A stretch of 60,533 nucleotides of DNA, from contig CAMPCD010000004.1 of the NCBI GenBank assembly GCA_946643435.1, positions 1 to 60,533 on the forward strand, read 5' to 3'. This document shows, piece by piece, positions 58,601 to 60,533 of the stretch. The first letter of the stretch is position 1. Every line of letters starts with the position of its first letter. The notes below the pieces were generated by a model. That model did not search any database and was not told the origin of the DNA. It saw only the letters and a list, made by a program, of their open reading frames with translations. This DNA is from an uncultured bacterium (GTDB lineage Bacteria > Bacillota_I > Bacilli_A > RF39 > UBA660). Made by a program: the position numbers and the translations under genes.

Positions 58601-58785
58601 GTTTCATTGTTGTCTGGTTCTGGTAACACTTGTTCATTCTCAGTTGTGTCATTTGTTGTATTACCAGTAGCGGCTTGATTTGCATTATTTTCTTCACCAT
58701 TATCATTTAAAGGATTCGCGAAAGCAAACATAAACAATCCTAGAATAATGAATGTAATGATAGCAAATATACGCTTCTTATTCAT
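55636..58785 (-). CDS. Large repeat-rich secreted/surface protein (1049 aa), adhesin-like
   Basis: ATG at 58785 behind GGGAGG. Signal/anchor peptide. About five 55-60-aa helical modules, two Listeria-Bacteroides-repeat-like beta modules (FTVNFY.../FTVTFY...GW/NWD), two Ig-like modules, and a C-terminal beta domain. No LPxTG. Confidence 0.75.
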   Translation of the reverse strand: MNKKRIFAIITFIILGLFMFAFANPLNDNGEENNANQAATGNTTNDTTENEQVLPEPDNNETTQRNATRNNTRRVIARVDNTTTLDLTIDKANAIDELKKYKDEYQFTDDSAYNKVIDDYTTKINDSTTLDDINKNLDEGKNKIDEVINEDLTAYKEAAKKDIKEYAESLNLVTDYTDLLNEYNNKIDDATTKKAIDKLVSDAKKALDEMKANEVAEAKEKAFKDINEYKQEDQEYIKDINTTKDEGLKEVEASNDVKEIENIVEETKNKIDDLIKNTTFTVNFYHINTHNSNYELLDTQTVHYTKSAKTPEIKKEVTTFYGRVINKFVGWDKDFTEVKTNLDVYANYEVTNVTGSVYVVKEESSNKERLTTDDYERIVKNIEVKLTDDIINAVNTYSKGHEVIVATDDATIRSIVSTELPTLYKGNKYKTIEFYVLKVTGDGVHVDGRIHYDKDAELADKKDAAIDEIKKYRTDDEQYIEEITTIKNDFENNLDNINNLEDLEKAVKDTKKAIDDAIKNKKFTVTFYGIKGKVLSTQSVTYNTAANIPDTSGTVTEWNGSIELKFLNWDVKDSALKHVKGNLEVQAKYDVVSATTKISILKEDLGYDYSTNIDDFNHPYNKPEVEKDKYFELTITKEIVDAVNDYRNKHIIVYSDNDEKIREVLKGEPDVFNNNKYKKLQYYVLKLQGDRFHCDARVIYDRDAEELDKAKAELKELIEKAKKLDTTNKTDKSVEDLNNKISKAKDNYKGTDINAIKESINELKDIKLVDIKVTDIHVKVNKDKYYDYATKFDITVTYDDNNGKKNEKTDDYKVTALDKTEGKHTATVTYKGQSKTFEYTTVINKIESIKVVNHVPTYWKNQKEDITVTATYTDDTTKELSSDKYRLDNFKTSSATTKRTATVVLNSNNNITDKFDYAVSKYSSKEEEDEAIEAEAEAERVKAIKAMKVTVPDGKYYIEFNKLPSGATVNKVYKKGNISTHTITLKSSSVVDGKLRYEISKTDHAIIRATNGEWLNQYIYIEYIYGDKLYLVQYNEKTGNLKLVSVNRI
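56671..58140 (-). repeat. Tandem duplication of a roughly 240-aa composite module inside the surface protein (coordinates approximate)
   Basis: aa 218-458 and aa 460-707 align end to end. Each contains a helical module, an FTV(N/T)FY beta module, and a third domain ending YVLK(V/L)(T/Q)GD..H.D.R(I/V).YD(K/R)DAE. Confidence 0.7.
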
Positions 58786-58805
58786 ACACACCCTCCCTTT
58801 TTAAC

Positions 58806-58836
58806 AAAAAAAAGCACTTAAAAATGTATTAAGTGC
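58806..58836 (-). terminator. Intrinsic terminator acting as the riboswitch expression platform
   Basis: Minus strand GCACTTAA-TACATTT-TTAAGTGC followed by U8. It ends about 15 nt before the SD of the surface protein gene. Confidence 0.7.
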
Positions 58837-58915
58837 AGCTGACTACCATGATTTGCATTTTAGGTTCTGAAGCTTTGCGCCACTACTTTTCAATAGTTTT
58901 GCCATAGATTGTACA
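58833..58915 (-). promoter_or_regulatory. Candidate c-di-GMP-I (GEMM-I) riboswitch aptamer
   Basis: Minus strand: GGCAAAACUAUUGAAAAGUAGUGGCGCAAAGCUUCAGAACCUAAAAUGCAAAUCAUGGUAGUCAGCUGCAC. It contains GGCAAA, a 6-bp helix capped by GAAA, GCGCAAAGC, a CCUAAA receptor-like element and GGUAG..CAGC. This parallels the Vibrio Vc2 aptamer as I recall it. Confidence 0.6.
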
Positions 58916-58941
58916 TATTATGCCTCTTTGTTATGCCACCT

Positions 58942-58970
58942 ATTATAAAGTAAGATTTATAATTTTGCAA
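58942..58970 (-). promoter_or_regulatory. Sigma-A promoter driving the riboswitch leader
   Basis: Minus strand TTGCAA (58970-58965), 17 nt, TATAAT (58947-58942). Confidence 0.65.
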
Positions 58971-58981
58971 GTCATTTATAA

Positions 58982-59491
58982 TTATTTAATTGGCCATAAT
59001 CTAAACAGTTTTATTCCAATTATGTTTTTTCGTTCGATTAGACCGTAGTTTCTACTGTCTAAAGAATTTGTACGATTATCTCCTAAAACTAAATATTTAT
59101 TTTCAGGAATAACATCTACTCCTAAATCAGATAATTTAAAGTCATTTGTAATCACATCATCTTTTAAATATGACTCTTTATATTCTTGATCATTTATATA
59201 TAATTTGTTATCTTTGAATTCAATTTTATCGCCAGGTAATCCGATAACTCTTTTAATCATATATTTTTCAGATTGAGATATAACTATTACTTCTTCTCTT
59301 CTAGGTTCTCTAAATTTAGTAGATAGTTTATTAATCACTAAAATATCACCTTCATTAAAATTTGGAGACATTGAAGGTCCAATTACTTGTTGTAATCCAA
59401 TTACAAATATAAATAGTAATAATACTACAACAAATACTAATATATACTTAAAAGTATCTCTAAAAAATTCATTAATTTCTCTAAAATCCAT
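58982..59491 (-). CDS. lepB: Signal peptidase I
   Basis: TM anchor. GPSMSP (catalytic Ser), KRVIGLPGD (Lys), GDNRTNSLDSR. Confidence 0.9.
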   Translation of the reverse strand: MDFREINEFFRDTFKYILVFVVVLLLFIFVIGLQQVIGPSMSPNFNEGDILVINKLSTKFREPRREEVIVISQSEKYMIKRVIGLPGDKIEFKDNKLYINDQEYKESYLKDDVITNDFKLSDLGVDVIPENKYLVLGDNRTNSLDSRNYGLIERKNIIGIKLFRLWPIK

Positions 59492-59528
59492 ATAATCACC
59501 TAACTTTAATCTTATTATAACAAGAAAA

Positions 59529-59557
59529 TAAAAAAAAGGAATACTTATTCCTTTTTT
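59529..59557 (-). terminator. lysS terminator
   Basis: GGAAT-ACTT-ATTCC core hairpin within A/T runs. Confidence 0.55.
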
Positions 59558-59561
59558 ATTA

Positions 59562-60533
59562 TTATTTATTTTCAGGCTTCATCATAGGGAATAATACTAC
59601 ATCTCTAACACTTGCTGCATTATAAAGTAGCATCATTAATCTATCAATACCAACACCTAAACCACTTATAGGTGGCATACCTTGTTCCATAGCCTTTAAG
59701 TAATCTTCATCTAAATCCATAGTTTCATCATCACCTTGAGCCTTTTGCTTTAATTGTTCTTCAAAATTAGCTCTTTGTACTTCAGGATTAACTAACTCTG
59801 AATAAGCATTACAGATTTCAGCTCCAGCAATAATTACTTGGAATACATCAACTACTTTATCATTATCATCATTACGTCTAGCTAATGGCTTTAATACTGC
59901 AGGATAATTCCACATAATAGTTGGTTCAAATATATTAGCTCTAATTAATCTCTTATAGCAGAAATCAATTAATTGAGCTACAGAATTACATTCAGCTAAA
60001 TCGGAGGCACTAAACTTGCCTGATTCAATAATCTTAGTTCTTAATTCTTCTGGTTCTTCAATAGATAAGAAATCAAAACCTAAAGCTTCAGTTAAAGCTT
60101 CAACATAATTGATTCTCTTCCATTCTTTTCCTAAGTCTATAGTTTGTTCTCCAATAGTTAATTCAGTAGTACCCTTTAAATACAAAGATGTTTCTCTCAT
60201 GAATTCTTGGAAGAACTTAATATTATCTTCAAAATTCCAGAAAGATGCATACCATTCAATTTGAGTGAATTCTTGTAAGTGTTGAGGATCCATTCCTTCA
60301 TTTCTAAAACACTTAGCAACTTCATATACTCTTTCAAAACCAGCTGCATTACATTCCTTTAAATAACATTCAGGTGCAATTCTTAAATTACAATCAATGT
60401 CTAATGCATTATGATGTGTAAAGAATGGCTTAGCTGATGCACCAGATACAGCAGTTTGTACAATTGGTGTTTCAACTTCTAAGAAACCATGTTGATTCAT
60501 GAAATTTCTTAAGAAGAAATAGAACTTAGATCT
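59562..60533 (-). CDS. lysS: Lysine--tRNA ligase, class II (C-terminal part; the gene runs off the window edge)
   Basis: The reading frame stays open to 60533 (RSKFYFFLRNFMNQHGFLEVETP...). Class II motifs are present. Confidence 0.9.
   Translation of the reverse strand, partial: RSKFYFFLRNFMNQHGFLEVETPIVQTAVSGASAKPFFTHHNALDIDCNLRIAPECYLKECNAAGFERVYEVAKCFRNEGMDPQHLQEFTQIEWYASFWNFEDNIKFFQEFMRETSLYLKGTTELTIGEQTIDLGKEWKRINYVEALTEALGFDFLSIEEPEELRTKIIESGKFSASDLAECNSVAQLIDFCYKRLIRANIFEPTIMWNYPAVLKPLARRNDDNDKVVDVFQVIIAGAEICNAYSELVNPEVQRANFEEQLKQKAQGDDETMDLDEDYLKAMEQGMPPISGLGVGIDRLMMLLYNAASVRDVVLFPMMKPENK

Overview
Very AT-rich chromosomal segment from a walled, low-GC Bacillota organism. It looks Bacilli-like because the gene orders ruvX-DUF1292-mltG-yrrM-yrrN-yrrO-greA and yqeG-yqeH mirror Bacillus subtilis; finer taxonomy cannot be set from this window. 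About 57 CDS are present and all but two lie on the minus strand. All five tRNA genes (Met, His, Lys-Ile-Glu) lie on the plus strand. Core blocks are rpoB-rpoC, greA, a tRNA mo5U-type modification block, cvpA, rnhC, holA, a truncated dcw cluster (mraZ-rsmH-ftsL-pbp2B), yqeG-yqeH-mutL, yceD-rpmF, yneF, helD, obg, smr, lepB and a partial lysS. Lineage-specific segments sit between these blocks. They are dominated by secreted or single-pass membrane proteins, many carrying Ig-like DUF5011-type modules, and by orphan cytoplasmic proteins. I saw no transposase, integrase, CRISPR array, rRNA or recognisable defence gene. The observations most worth follow-up are: (1) a candidate c-di-GMP-I (GEMM-I) riboswitch with a terminator, directly upstream of a 1049-aa repeat-rich surface protein; (2) an in-frame insertion of about 105 aa in RpoC that resembles the Ig-like module of this genome's surface proteins; (3) an adhesion island with a dedicated sortase, a thioester-domain adhesin carrying a non-canonical VPNTN sorting motif, a membrane-anchored arylsulfotransferase-like protein and a 759-aa modular type IV pilin with no pilus machinery nearby; (4) two self-contained orphan operons, a 2-gene unit next to tRNA-His and a 5-gene unit between rpmF and yqeG, whose functions I cannot assign. 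All family calls rest on motifs read by eye and on recalled family signatures. No searches were run.
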